Assembly (NCBI RefSeq): GCF_001194135.2
Contig: NC_068982.1
Span: forward strand, 13,477,679-13,541,678
Length of the DNA stretch: 64,000 bases
DNA from: Octopus bimaculoides
Taxonomy: Eukaryota
Direction of reading: 5' to 3'
The position numbers and the translations under genes are program-made. This document shows, one piece after another, positions 24,232 to 37,840 of this stretch; position 1 is the first letter of the stretch, and the number at the start of each line of letters is the position of its first letter. The notes under the pieces were generated by a model, which saw nothing but the letters and a program-made list of their open reading frames with translations, was not told where the DNA came from and made no database searches.

Positions 24232-24808
24232 AGGTGCCGAGCTTGCAGAAGTGTTAACACACCAGGCGAAATGCTTAGCAGTATTTCGTCTGTCTTTATG
24301 TTCTGAGTTCAAATTCTGTTGAGGTCGACTTTACCTTTCATCCTTTCGGTGTTGATAAAGTAAGTACCAGTTGTGTACTGAGGGTTCATGTAATCAACTT
24401 ATCCCCTTCCCCGAAATTGCTGGCCTTGCGTCAAAATTTGAAATTAATATTAGTGATGCCGAGTTCAGCTGAGTTCAACATTTTACTTTTCATCCTTTAG
24501 GGGTTGATAAAACAAACACCAGATGAGTACTAGGGCTGATGTAATCAACTTGCTCCCTATTAAAAATTGCTGGCTTTGTACTAAAATCTGTAACCAATAT
24601 TAGTGGCAGAAATGTTACAACACCGGACGAAATGCTTAGTGATATTTCATCTGTCTTTATGTTCTGAGTTCAAATTCTGCCGAGGTCGATTTCGCCTTTC
24701 ATCCTTTCAGGGTCAATAAATTAAATACCAGTTGTGTACTGGGGTCGATTTAATTGACTGGCCCCTCCCACAAAATTTCCAGCCATGTATCTAGAGTAGA
24801 AAAGAATA
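24232..24808 (+). mobile_element. Three consecutive SINE family A copies
   Basis: Core gactt...ctttcatcctt...gataaa...accag at about 24330, 24490 and 24690. Confidence 0.85.
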
Positions 24809-25235
24809 TTAGTGGCATTATCAGAATAAGCTAGATTACAATGATGTTGTTTAGAGTTAGTTATCCTAGCATGATTTTAGCCTAGTGTTTTGGATGTAAG
24901 ATATTCTATCAAGGAAACCATTTGTATTCAAGGCCTGTTTATATTATGGGGCATGATTACTGAAGATATCTTCATTTGTGTAAAGGTTGAAAATTCTAAT
25001 AAATAAAATACTAATAACACTACTCAAGACAGATCTATGGTGGTTAGATTTAGCATATGTATAGTGGAGGCGTTCATTGATTTTATTTTTCCCATAATAT
25101 GCATTGCAACATCAAACTAAATCTTTGAAACAACTGTCAACTATTATCTTAATTTCTGTAACATGAATATGCATGTGTAACATCTCTCAAGTTACCCTGT
25201 CATCTATAATTATTTGTCCATCTTTTGTCTTTATA

Positions 25236-25313
<78 letters not shown>

Positions 25314-26789
25314 CACACACACACACAGACACATCTATATATAGAAGATATAAGAATACCCTGAGTAAGGAAGGTAATGCATGGTGCAATAACATTGCAG
25401 CATTCAAATACATAAGTATAAAAAAAAAACATCAATCGATGTCTAGACTTCAAAGAATATTACATTTTTAATTATCCAAAACAGCTTATGGCAAAAAAAA
25501 AATATGAAAATGAGTGTAAAAGAAGAAAATAAGTACATTGGATGCAGTTTTATGATACACATGTCTATTGATTCTGATCAGTTTATGCAAAAACCATTTT
25601 ATCCTTTCCTAAGTATTATAAAAGAATTAGTTATCTCGATTTTTCTTTCTTCTCTTTGTACATGAACCTATGTCATCTGAGTACACTTTCATATTGTCTT
25701 TTGACTTGTGTCTCTTGCATAATATTCGGATTTGTATCCATTATCATTGGTTTTTCATCCTATAAAAATTTTCTCTAACTAGGACTCAGCTCTTTATTTA
25801 AGAATTCTTTTGTTCGTGTTTCAGCCACTTCAATTATTTCGGACTTCAGCCTCGACATATGCATGTTACTGCTCCAAATATTGAACAAATATTTTTTTTA
25901 CCATGTAATCTTATGATTGTTTGGTGTTATCTTCATTTATTCTGCCCATTCCAGACTGCTCTTTTTCATATTGCAAATATATATAATACATATATCTGGC
26001 TCTTATCAAACAATATGCATCATTAATATTTTCCTATGCATTCTTTAAGTTTAAGCTCAGTTGCTTTCTCTCACTTTTTACATTAGCCTTACTTGGATGT
26101 CATATTGAATGCAAACGATACAACCTCAATATAAGACCTCATATACAGTTATGTAAACTGGAACGCTGTCTAAAATTAATGAAGTTTTAAAGCCTTAAAT
26201 ATATAAAATTTATAGAATTCCTAAGCCACTCTTCAAATAAGGGTATTGTAACCTAAGCTTTTCTATTAAATTCACTATAAATGAGGATGCAATACTTTGT
26301 GAAACATTTTAAGAATAGGTGGATTGATTTTAAATATTAATTTTAATTTTAAATTGGTCATCCTGGATGAACGGTTGTATATCATCTCATACCTTTTCAT
26401 CCAGTTTTGCATATTTTCATGGGTCAACTATGAAAATTGGATTTGAATGTTTTCTGTTTTTATTGTCTGCATATTACTAATAATAATAACAATAATAATA
26501 AGGCCCCGATGAGATGTGGTATCCCATATTTTATAATATTTTATAATATGCATGAATCGTTCTGGATAGTGCATCGAAATGGTCATAGGTCATTTTCATT
26601 ATTATTATTATTATTATTATTATAATAAAGTAATTTCAATGGATCAGTTTTGAGCTCTCTTTAGAGTCGATATNNNNNNNNNNNNNNNNNNNNNNNNNNN
26701 NNNNNNNNNNNNNNNNNNNNNNNNNNNNNNNNNNNNNNNNNNNNNNNNNNNNNNNNNNNNNNNNNATATATATATATATATATATATAC

Positions 26790-26919
26790 TGCCAAGGTTG
26801 ACTTTGCCTTTCATCCTTTCGGGGTCGATAAATGAGGTATTAGTTATGTACTGGAGTCGATCTAATCGACTAGCCCCCTCCCCCCAAATTTCAGGCCTTG
26901 TGCCTAGAGTAGAAAAGAA
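26790..26919 (+). mobile_element. SINE family A 3' half
   Basis: gttgactttgcctttcatcctttcggggtcgataaa...ccccctcccccaaatttcaggccttgtgcctagagtagaaaagaat; another copy at about 27522-27670. Confidence 0.85.
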
Positions 26920-26920
26920 T

Positions 26921-26981
<61 letters not shown>

Positions 26982-27695
26982 TACACATACACACACATCC
27001 TGTTGTAGGCTATTGCTGTAAGCAATATGTGTTTTTTGTGGGGTTCGGAAGCAGCATATGGAAGGGCTGCTCCGGGTAGCACACACTCTAGCTATACTAG
27101 TGGTCTCACTACAGATTTTTAGTGTCAGCAGCCTTGTTATATGTCCATATAATAGTAAAGCAGCTGACTCTAAAAATCTGTAGTTAGACGTAACTTTATG
27201 AGACCCATGCAACATAAAATCCATGCAACACAACATGTTGAATGGAGTCCCACACATAAAGGACAATAGCGGGATGGGTTGAAATGATTGTTGCATGCAA
27301 TAAAGGTTTAATATTGAATCCATCTCCTGTTAATTAATATAATTACCTTAACTGTCATTGCAGAGTTCCTGAAGTTGACCCAACAGAACCGTACCACAAC
27401 TGTGCATGACAAGTAGCCTAAGCTGTGCCGAAGCCCTACTCAACGTTTAATCATACTAATTGACTTATACTTATTAGTCTAAAATATTTATTATTATATA
27501 TCAGCAATATATCAGTTCGTCGCTATGTTCTGAGTTCAAATTCCGCTGAAGCTGACTTTGCCTTTCATCCTTTGGGGTCGATGAAATAGGTACCAGCTGA
27601 ACACAGGGGTCAATGTAATCGACTCCCCGCTTCCCCAAAATGGCTGCCCTTGTAGCAAAATTTGAAACTGTTATTATTTTTATAGATATATATAT

Positions 27696-27779
<84 letters not shown>

Positions 27780-27781
27780 GC

Positions 27782-27822
<41 letters not shown>

Positions 27823-28249
27823 ATATTATAATTATACTATAGATCATTAGTTGTTTTTCTGTCTGTGTATTACAGTTTTAGTGAAAACAATACATTGTGA
27901 CAATAAAATATTGAGACTGTTCTACTTTGAAATTCAAGTCTCTTTTCTCTAAATAACTTTCTGTTTATTTCTGGTCCTTGGCACCTTGAAAAGTGATTAA
28001 TACCCATTCATGAAACGGAATCAATTCATTAATGATGTCAACACATACACCCAGTTCATTAACAAGCGCAGCAGCATGCGTATAATAAAAAAAAAACAGC
28101 AAGAAAGTGGGTAAATCATATCATTTCAATGTGTGTTATATTTCTACTGCAGCGCATATACATACATGCATGTATGCATCTAGATATGCAAGTATATAAG
28201 AAGACATACATAAAACAAAACTTATAAATCTACACATACATACATACAC

Positions 28250-28950
28250 CTATCTCCAGACTATGAATTCATATTCATACCAATAATAATTGGAGCATTA
28301 GGGTTTGTTAGTAAATGTTTTAAGGAGAATCTGGATAAACTGGGATTTTCAGAAAGAGAAAATGACCGGCTGATTTATACAATACAAGTGCAATCTGTGA
28401 GTGGAACAATAAAAATACGCAAGACTTTTCTCCAAGTTCCAAATGTGAACTTGTCTGTGTTAACTACATCCCAAAGATGGAGCTTATATCTTTGTTGGAA
28501 ACTGGCTCCCTCCTCAGTGGAAGATTTATAATAATTTAAAAATAGAAGAGACATACATAAAAAAAACGTCAGTGATCCTGCAGAGGTGAATATCTCTTTG
28601 AAAACGAAAGAGAAAGATGATAATTATGGACAACTGCTTCGAAACCTCCAGTTTCTATATCTGGGTAATAAATTCACATTTATACCAATAATAATTTGTG
28701 CTCTTGATTTTTGTGAGTAAACGCCTGAGTGACAATTGGATAAGCTAGGGTTTTCAAAAAACGAAATCAATGGACTATCTCATTACAAATACAATCTATA
28801 AGGGGAACAGTGAAAATATGCAAGACTTTTCTCAAGTTTAAAATGTGACATTGTTTTTGTTATCTGCATTCCAGCAATGGAGCTTTGTATCTCTGTAGAA
28901 ACCAGCTTCTTCTTTAGGGGAAGAATTTGAATAATTGAAAATAGAAGTTT
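28250..28950 (+). mobile_element. Two tandem 5'-truncated R4/Dong-type LINE 3' ends
   Basis: Both units encode F.FIPIII(G/C)AL.FVSK...KLGF...ICKTFL-like sequence. The second also has VSDPAEVNISLKTKEKDDNYGQLLRNLQFLY. Homologous to 47220-47330. Confidence 0.75.
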
Positions 28951-28978
28951 GTGTGTATATATATATATATGGCTATAT

Positions 28979-29020
<42 letters not shown>

Positions 29021-30111
29021 ATATACAGAGAGATGGGGAGGGAGAGAGGAGAAAGAGATAAAGTGTGAGAGAGAGAGAAATGTCTGTTGTTTTCCGTCTC
29101 TTTAGAAAATCTTCAAATAACTAATCATGTTTTCGTATTTGTTATGATTAAAGAAAATATTGATAAAATATATTGATGTTCTTTTCCAGGGCTCTATGAA
29201 GTGATTGTATTTATTTTGTCAGAAGTGATTTTGCGGAGAAAAAATGAAAGAACTTTTATGTGTTGTTATTTTAGTGTCTGCCAATAATACAAGATGTAGT
29301 TTTCCTGGAAACAAATGTGTTCACATTGACAATTTCTGGCCTCAAATTCTTAAGGTACACCTCATACATATGCATTTGCTTTATATTTGTAGCAGACTCG
29401 AAACCAAATTGCTGAAATAACTGAGTAAAAATCATGGTTTAGTCATAATCATTTCACATAATCGGCCGATTAAGTGACCAATCAGCATCAAACCATCCTG
29501 TGATTCGATCTTCTAAACCCTTCTAACACGTCCTAAGAAGGCTTTAAAAAATCATGAATTTTTGGCACCAAACTTCAGAATGTTGGAGACTATTGCAGTG
29601 ACAACCACATTCTCGTTTTTAGTTCACTAGCAGATTCAACATACCCAACAGTTCTTTAACTACTTCATACATATATTTCTATTTTCCAGCCAAGCAGACA
29701 AAAGTCACAGATTTGCCATCATGAGTATATTTCTCCACTCGTGAAAACGTTGTCATAGAGTTATACAAACAAGCCATTTTGTTTTAACTATAGAGTTTGT
29801 CTCTCCCAATTTATATAAGTTGTTGCTTGTATTCTCCATTCAAAGACCAACATGTAAAATACTATATTCAGTAAATAAAAGGTTCTGCTCAATTCTTCAT
29901 GAGTGTTATTCATCATTTATATGCTGTCAATAACTCAACATAACCACCAGAAAAATACCGAAAAAACTCGTGACATCTTTACCACATCCATGTGAAAGAC
30001 AAATACGACAAAGAAGGCAATAATTTAGCAGGAAAGTAATTGTGTCATGTGTTTCTTGTTAATCACTCTAAATTTCATCTTGCTCACGTTATTAGTGATA
30101 TCAGTGGAATA

Positions 30112-31711
30112 TAATGTTGGAACAAAAGTTTGTGTTGTTTTAAGTATTCAATCACACATATCACATTTTGTTCCCCTATGTTTTGCTATCTTTGAAGGAG
30201 TTTCATAATTCTATCCTCCCAGAATTTGGCATCTTCCTGGGCCATGAACCGGTCAAAGTGATTTTACAGTCTTCCAAACAATTGAAGTTCTTCCTTTTAA
30301 GAGAATTTTGTTGGAATCGAAATAAATTATATTCCAAAGGTGCAAGGTCAGGTTTGTACAGTAGGTGTGTAAGACATCCCAACCAAACTGTATCAATTTC
30401 TGCCAGGTTTGCAAGGAACACGAGATCTAATGTTGTCCTGAAGGAAGATGATATTCTTCTGATTTGTCAATTCTGGACATTTTTCATTGATTGCCTCGTT
30501 TAACTGGTCGAACTAGGAACAATGATAGTCTGAATTCAACAACTGATTGTGCAGAAGTTTGGAATAATTAACATCCTTCAAGTTCCACCAGATACAGAGC
30601 GTCACCATCTTTGGATACTGACTAGCTTTTAGAGAGATTTAAGGTGGTTCATTTCGTTTTCTTTGGGACTTTTTTGTTCCACTTTGTTGTAAACAATACA
30701 TTAAAAAACTTTTATGATTGTTTTTTTATTAAAAATGGATCGTTTTTGTTGCATTTCAGCAGAGAACAGCAGATGAGAATAGGGCCCATTAATTTTTCTC
30801 CATTGAATTATGGACGCAGCTAACCATCATAGTGGTCCAAGTAACAAAATGCTTGTAAATACTTGATTTATAATTTTTTAAATGATGTATGTGGAGTTTC
30901 TTTGTGATGTCTCATATCTTATGAACAAGATTGTTTTTCATTAATATTACGATTTGGTCATCATCAATGATTATAGGCATGCTGGAATGTTCAGTCTTCC
31001 AGATTAAAAATTTCACAATTATATCTGGCAAACCACTAACAAACAGTTGTCTCAGTCATGGCACCATCTTCGTAAACGGCATAAAACCTTTTTGCTGTTT
31101 GTACTACGGTTTTTCGATTTCAGAAATAAAAGAGCATCAACTGATGAAAATGTATCTTGTTTTCCTCTATTTTCACTTTTAACGTAAAAACAATAGAAAC
31201 CAGAGCACTTAGAGAGCACAAACCTCCGCCAAAGCAACACCAACATCCTCTCAACTATTAGACAGATGATTTTTGAAATGAGAATATCTGAAATAACCTC
31301 AACTGCTCTCACAAACGAGAATACTAAAAATGAACCCAACCACTCTCAAAAATTAAGTAAAAGGAAAAAAAAAAAAACAGGAAAAATAATCCAGAATCCT
31401 TGTCTGGTACTAGATCGATCCCAAAAGCTAATCAATTCATACCAGTCACGAGGCCAGACATCCCTGAAAATTTCATCTGAATCCGTCCAGTGTTTCTTGA
31501 GATGTCTTGTCCATGGACAAATAAGCAAACACTACTGAAAACAATACCTCCGCATTAGTGCAGGCAGAGGTAATAAACTATTCACAGAGTAATTGTTTTG
31601 AAAGATATGCTGAAATGTTACCTTTCAGAAAAAGCTTCCGTCGCATTAAAACAAAATCAGGTATTTAAACACCACTGATTGAAAAATGACAAAACTTTTG
31701 TTCCAGTCCAA
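30112..31711 (-). mobile_element. Full-length degenerate mariner transposon, interrupted by a Helentron-like insert
   Basis: TIRs ta|taatgttggaacaaaagtttgtg and ta|ttggactggaacaaaagttttgtc (reverse complement), TA flanks. Decayed transposase: EENKIHF..LMLFYF (N-terminus) and YKPDLAPLEYNLFRFQQNSL (YSPDLAP-like). About 1.2 kb without the insert. Confidence 0.85.
31186..31577. mobile_element. Non-autonomous Helentron/DINE-1-like element (HINE)
   Basis: acctccgccaa near one end; terminal hairpin acctccgcattagtgcaggcagaggt at the other; acaaataagcaaac microsatellite-like core. It splits the mariner at aacaa|taaac. Confidence 0.65.
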
Positions 31712-32087
31712 TATTTCATTACAATTTCAATGATGGCAATGTCAGATGCATTATATTTAAGTGGAATTCTGGAATGTGAATCTTACCTGCCTTATTTTTA
31801 TATTCTCTATTTTCTATTTTTTAAAGAAATTTATTATTCTGGAAAAGAAAAACACTTTTAAATTTCATTAAAAAATATTTTAAATTGCCCCTCCAACAGC
31901 CTGTTTCAGAATACACAACCAGCTGTAACTACCGTTTTTGATTATTAAAAAATTTTTTTTCCTTTTTCTGAATTAAGTGAACAAGAATAGAATTACAATT
32001 CTACAAAAAATTGTTTTACGGTTAGGGGTTTCTATACACACACACACACACACACATATATATACACATACATACAAATGTGTGTGC

Positions 32088-32135
<48 letters not shown>

Positions 32136-32959
32136 GTGTGCGTTTTGTGCACGTGTGTAAGCATGTCTGTGATTGTATGTTAAAAGATGAAGTTTATTCA
32201 ACAATTATTCTGACTTTTAGGTTGCCATATACCCAGGCAAATGTAGGAGAGAAATTGCGTGACAATTTATTAGAAACAAGCATTCATAGTATTGAAATAC
32301 GATTAGCAAATGAAATTTGATTGGCTACTAAAAGGACAAAAGCAGAACCATAAAAATGCATCACACATCTGTTACTATGTTATTCGCAGAACACATAATC
32401 TATTCCTCCATTTGCATAAACATCGCATGACATCTTCATTTTTTAGATATTTTTTTTATTTTTTGGTATAAAATGCACAAAAGTATGAAGGGACTGGTGT
32501 TTATATATTCTGTAATCTTTGTCTCCAGGAGAGATTATGTATAATATACTATCACAGTCTCTTGCAATTTTGAACAAAGATTGCAATTGTTAAAGCCTTT
32601 CAAACATTACTAACAACACTTATTGAAGAATTGCCCAACAGCAACTGTAAAAATAGTTTATTTTCCACATAAGGGATTTACCATATGCTGCTATATTCTG
32701 AGAAGTGAACTACATATAAAAAAAAATTTAGATTTTCAACACTTAGATGGTTTGGACAAATACGTCACATACTGCGTTGCTAACGTTTGAATGGATTGTT
32801 ATAATTTCTCATAGGTTTAATAATCAATCAAATATCAATGACTAATAATTTTATGTAAGAGAATATTTTTTCTTCTTTATTGTCATGCTGCTTCTTCTCA
32901 TCAATCATTTGAATAAACAACAACCTGAAAATCAAAGAAATGATTTTAAATGCATTAGA

Positions 32960-33625
32960 CACTGCTAATAATAATAATAATAATAATAACGATAATAAGA
33001 ATAAGAATAATGATAATAATAATTATCACAGTATCACAGGATCGACCAGATCATTAGATGCTGTTTTACTCCGCTGGTCACAATGCGCTTCCAATTCTGT
33101 CTTGATTGCACCATTCTTTTCTTCCTTGACCCAAATTACTTCACCTGATTGTCTTCTAATCATCGCTGAAGCCGTCCAAGTGGCCTTTTCTGATCTCTTG
33201 GATACCACTCGGCTATTGTACAGGTCCACCTGCTGTCTGTAAACCTTGCAACATATGCAGCTCAGCAGAACTTGTGTTATTGGTATTCTGCGATCACATC
33301 ATTCACTCCGCTCTGTTCTTGAATTATCTCATTTGGAATATGCTCTTGTTATGATATTCCCAGCATGGGTCTTTCCATGGCCCCATGCATCATAGCTAAT
33401 CAAGGTTCTATCCTCTTCATAGTAGTCCATGTCTCACTTGCATACAAGCACACAGGTAGGACAGTGCAATTGAAGAATTTAGCACATATGCTATTGTCGG
33501 ACTTTGTTTTGTGCACATCATGTATTGGGTTAAATGCCTCCCATTCTGCCCTTTCTCTTCGAGATTTCAGCATCCATATCGTGGTGCATATTCACTGTGT
33601 GCCCTAAGTAGGTGTACACTTTTAC
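32960..33625 (-). mobile_element. RTE-clade LINE fragment (second family, ATT tail)
   Basis: YTYLGHTVN...FFNCTVLPVCLYASETW...AMERPMLGIS...AYVARFTDSRWTCTIAEWYPRDQKRPLGR, with stops; typical RTE post-RT motifs. Confidence 0.85.
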
Positions 33626-33882
33626 TTCATCGGAGATAATCCGAGGAAATCAAAGAATAGTAATTATATTGATTTTCAGATTCGGTAGAAGGCCAGCGAT
33701 CTTGAGATGGGAACAGGTATAAGTCAATACCATCAATCCCAGTACTTGACTGGTATTCTATTTTCTTCATCTTGAATGGAAGAAAGGCAAAGCAGGATTT
33801 TGATGCAGAGAGCAAAGAGCTTGAAGAAATATCACAAGACAATTTTTCTCAATGCTCTAATGATTGATATCAGTCCACTACA

Positions 33883-34262
33883 TCATCATCATCATTTAAC
33901 GTCCACTTTCCATGCTGGCATGGGCTGGATGATTTGACTGGGGACTGGCGAAGCGGATGGCTACACCAGACTCCAATCTGATTTGGCAGAGTTTCTACAG
34001 CTGGATGCCCTTCCTAACACCAACCACTCCGAGAGTGTAGTGGGTGCTTTTTACGTGCCACCGACATGAGGGCCAGTCTGGCAGTACTGGCAACGGCCAC
34101 GCTCAAATGGTGTTTTTTATGTGCCATCTGCACAGGAGTCAGTCCAATGTTTTGTTCACATGCCACCGGCACAAAAGCCAGTAAGGCGAAGATGGAAACG
34201 ACCACACTCAAATGGTGCTTTTTACATGCCACCGGCACAGGAGCGAGACTGCTGCTCTGGCA
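33883..34262 (-). mobile_element. RTE LINE 3' UTR copy with four or more internal repeat units
   Basis: (CAT)n tail plus repeated ggtg.ttttt(a/c)(t/c)(g/a)tgcca.c.gcac units. Confidence 0.85.
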
Positions 34263-35399
34263 GTGATATTTATACATAACGAAATACTGAGTTTGTGCAG
34301 GAATTCTGTGAGGTTGAGAAACTTGCTTCCCAACCATGTGATCTAAGATTCAATCCCTCTGCATGGGCAAATGTCTTTTACTATGGTCCTAAGCCAACCA
34401 AAGTATTGTGAGTGGATTTTGTAAAAGAAAAGTGAAAAAAGCCTTTTGTATGTATTTATAATTATGTGTGGAACATGTCTTTGTGTTTGCGTTATGATTG
34501 TCCTTCACCACTATTTGACAACCGGTGTTGGGTTGTTTACATCTCCATAATGTAGCAGTTTGGCAAAAGAAACTAGTGGGATAAGAACCAGGGTTAATTT
34601 GTTGAACTAAATCCTTCATGGCTGAGCCTCAGCATGACTGCAGCGCAAAGACTGAAACAAGTAAAGAATAAAATACACAAAATTATAGAAATGTTGGGTA
34701 GTTTAAGTAATAGCAAGAATCTTCTATGTGGAGTGGAGAAGCCATATATGCTTTTAAAAGGGTGTTATGGAAAACACATTAACATTAAAAAGAGTCCATA
34801 TCGGAAACTACATGAAAAAAATTAATATTAATGCACATAATTATAATGTTATTAAAATTATTCTTTAGAGATGGCTTTGCTATACTACACGAGAACAAAG
34901 GTCAAAAGAATAAGTGGTTGTGTTTTGTAGTTCTAACAATTGATAGAAACGTGTAAATTGCCAGCAAATTTTAAATGCCTATATCTAAAATACTTGATAT
35001 TGAGATGACATTCAATTCGAGATAAAAGAAAAATGTTTAGATTTGGGTTAATTTGAATTGAGCAAATTAGACATATATCTCGATCAATCTTTTTTTTTTT
35101 TTTTTGTTATAATGAAGTTTTGCTTAATGCTATTGTGTATATGGATGTGTTGTTAAATGGTCAAAGGTCAGTTCTGCAATAATTATTTAAATTATTAGGA
35201 AAGGACATAATAAGAAAAGTCGATATTGTATAAAATAACTAATTATACGACCTGAGAGGGAATATTATATATGAGAAAAAGCAATATTTTATTAAATGTT
35301 GAATGACCTAATAGGTAGGGGTTTAATATGAAAGACCACACTGAGCATAAAGAATAATAGAATTAGTGGAGTTTCTTTTTGTCTTGCAAGTTACTTGGT

Positions 35400-35570
35400 G
35401 ACCCTGTCGGTGCTGGTGCCAAATAAAAGGCACCGGTGCTGGTGTTACGTTAAAAGTACTGGTGCACATAAACATTACTAGATCTGTTTCCACATAAAAG
35501 GTACTGGCGTTGGGCCACATAAAAAGCCCTAGTGTTGGTGTCACATAAGAAGCACCCAGGACATTTACAA
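35400..35570. repeat. Degenerate ~25-30-bp tandem 'ggtgccacataaaaggcacc'-like array
   Basis: Motif ggtg..aca/cgt.aaaag.ac repeated about six times. Confidence 0.6.
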
Positions 35571-35699
35571 ATATTATTCTCTTTGACAAGATCAAAAATG
35601 AAGAGATCCAATGCTGTGCTGGTCTGCCTCTTATGATGGAAATCCTCATTGATAGAAATTCAAGTTAGTTGCGCCACGTACAGACGGGTAGTGTGCGCT

Positions 35700-36300
35700 G
35701 GTCAGATTTTCATTTTCATGCAAGATGACGGAATGCACCGAGCGGAGACCATAGATCAACGTCTCCTCAGTGATGATGATGGTCTTCAGAACATCTGGGT
35801 CATGGTTTTCACAGTGTAGCATGTACTAAGCAATTTCTATGTAGAATTGCTTCTGCTGCTCCGTCAGCACCTTGGGTGTGGAACAAATTTCTCTGACATT
35901 CCATTATTCCATTAAAATATTCCATTAAAACGGTTTGCATTGACCCTGTGCACACTCTCACTTCGTAAGAATTTCCTGGATTGACATGGTGATCTTCTAT
36001 GACTATTCACCGAACCTTTTCAACCGGCCTGACCTTGCCTCACTCTGCACTCAGACGCAGCCGTATTTGAAGTGGTTGTACCACTCCTTGATCTGAGTTT
36101 TGCCTATGGCATTATTGCCAAAGCCTGCTAAAATTTCTGGATGGTTTGTGTTTGAGCATTACCAAGCTTTTGGCAAAACTTGGTACAATATCTCTGCTTG
36201 GTGCATTTGGTGTAAACGAAAATTCAATGAGCAAAACACTACATCTGTACACTAAGCATAATAGCCAGAAAAGGGACTCAGACTACCAGTGCTAAAATTT
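35700..36300 (-). mobile_element. Mariner transposase N-terminal relic
   Basis: KFCQKLG...KTQIKEWYNHFKYG...ARSGR...KFVP...VLTEQQKQF...DPDVLKTII, with stops and frameshifts. Confidence 0.75.
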
Positions 36301-36804
36301 TCAAGCATGCATAGGAAGAGTGTTGTCTCCTCCCAGCCAAAGAGGATTTTGCCTACACAGCATTAGTATCAATAATGATATCAATAATATACAATAATAT
36401 ATCAGTAATATACTAGCCTGGACTTGTGCCTTGGAGTGTAACTTTGTAGGTGCAATCCCATGGTCAGTCATGACCGAAGAGGGTCTCAATTAGTGGATTT
36501 CCAATTAGTGTGTTTAAAGCATAATGGTGCACAAATATAGGCATCTGACAATTCAGTGATGTTGCTCATAGACTAATAAAGGATTTTCTTTCTTAGTCTG
36601 TATACTCTTGAGATTTTATCCACAGCAAAGAAATCTTCCCACGTCCAAGTGTACATGAATGTGCTAAATACGATTGTGAACACACATGCATTCTCTCTCT
36701 CTCTCTCTCGCTCTCTCTCTCGCACACACGTGATTTAATTTTGAGAATAGATCTTAACAATAATTTAACCAGTTAAACTAATTAAAATTGCAAAATATAA
36801 TACT

Positions 36805-36990
36805 TGCAGTTTTTTCTATCTATCTGTCTGTCTATCCGTCCAGTTATCTATCTATTTCTCTAGCAATCTATCCATCCATTTATTTATTTATCAATCTATC
36901 CATCCATCCATTTATTTATTTATCTATCAATATATCTATTTGCCTGTCTGTCTATCCATCCAGTTATCTATCTATCTATCTATCTCTCTA
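36805..36990. repeat. (ATCT/ATCC)n tetranucleotide array
   Basis: Directly visible. Confidence 0.9.
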
Positions 36991-37809
36991 TACATATGTA
37001 AATATGTAATACAAATGCAAATATATATGTGTACATGCACATATAAATATATAAATATATATTTGTATATCATTACATGAATATATGTGTGTATACACAT
37101 GTATGCATATATGTACACATGTAAAATATACAAATATGCACATATATTTACACATACACACATGCACGCACAAATATATATATATGTATCAGTAATTCAT
37201 GAAATGATTACCTAAACTGGTAAATTTGTTGCTGTAGATGTTTATTTGAATAATGAAATGCCAGACATGACTGCGTAATGCAAGTTACTCATGGTTTTAT
37301 ATTTATGTAATCAGATGTTTAAATCTCTCATTATGTGATCAGATATAACAGAAATGCATTTGAAATATAGACATACAAATACACTTCACATATACATTCA
37401 CATGCATACACACATGCATGTATATGTGTGTGGTTTGTATAAATATATATATATATATACATATATGCATTGATATATATATACATATATATATACATAT
37501 ATATATATGCTTATGTATATATATATATGTATCTGTATGCGTGTGTGCATAATATTGCAATTAGAATTTTACATTGCTTCCTGAAGAGATTTCAATGACA
37601 GACAGATTTTACGGTGACATGATGAGAAACTAAATATGAATTTTCCATTCTGATGACTTCAAAAGATAATTTATGCCTGATACATTAGAATGAATATAAT
37701 TAGATTTATNNNNNNNNNNNNNNNNNNNNNNNNNNNNNNNNNNNNNNNNNNNNNNNNNNNNNNNNNNNNNNNNNNNNNNNNNNNNNNNNNNNNNNNNNNN
37801 NNNNNNNNN

Positions 37810-37840
<31 letters not shown>

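Noticed and set aside
25500-26200. Possible highly decayed LINE RT on the minus strand
   Set aside because: Only a weak YLG-like hint; could not be supported.
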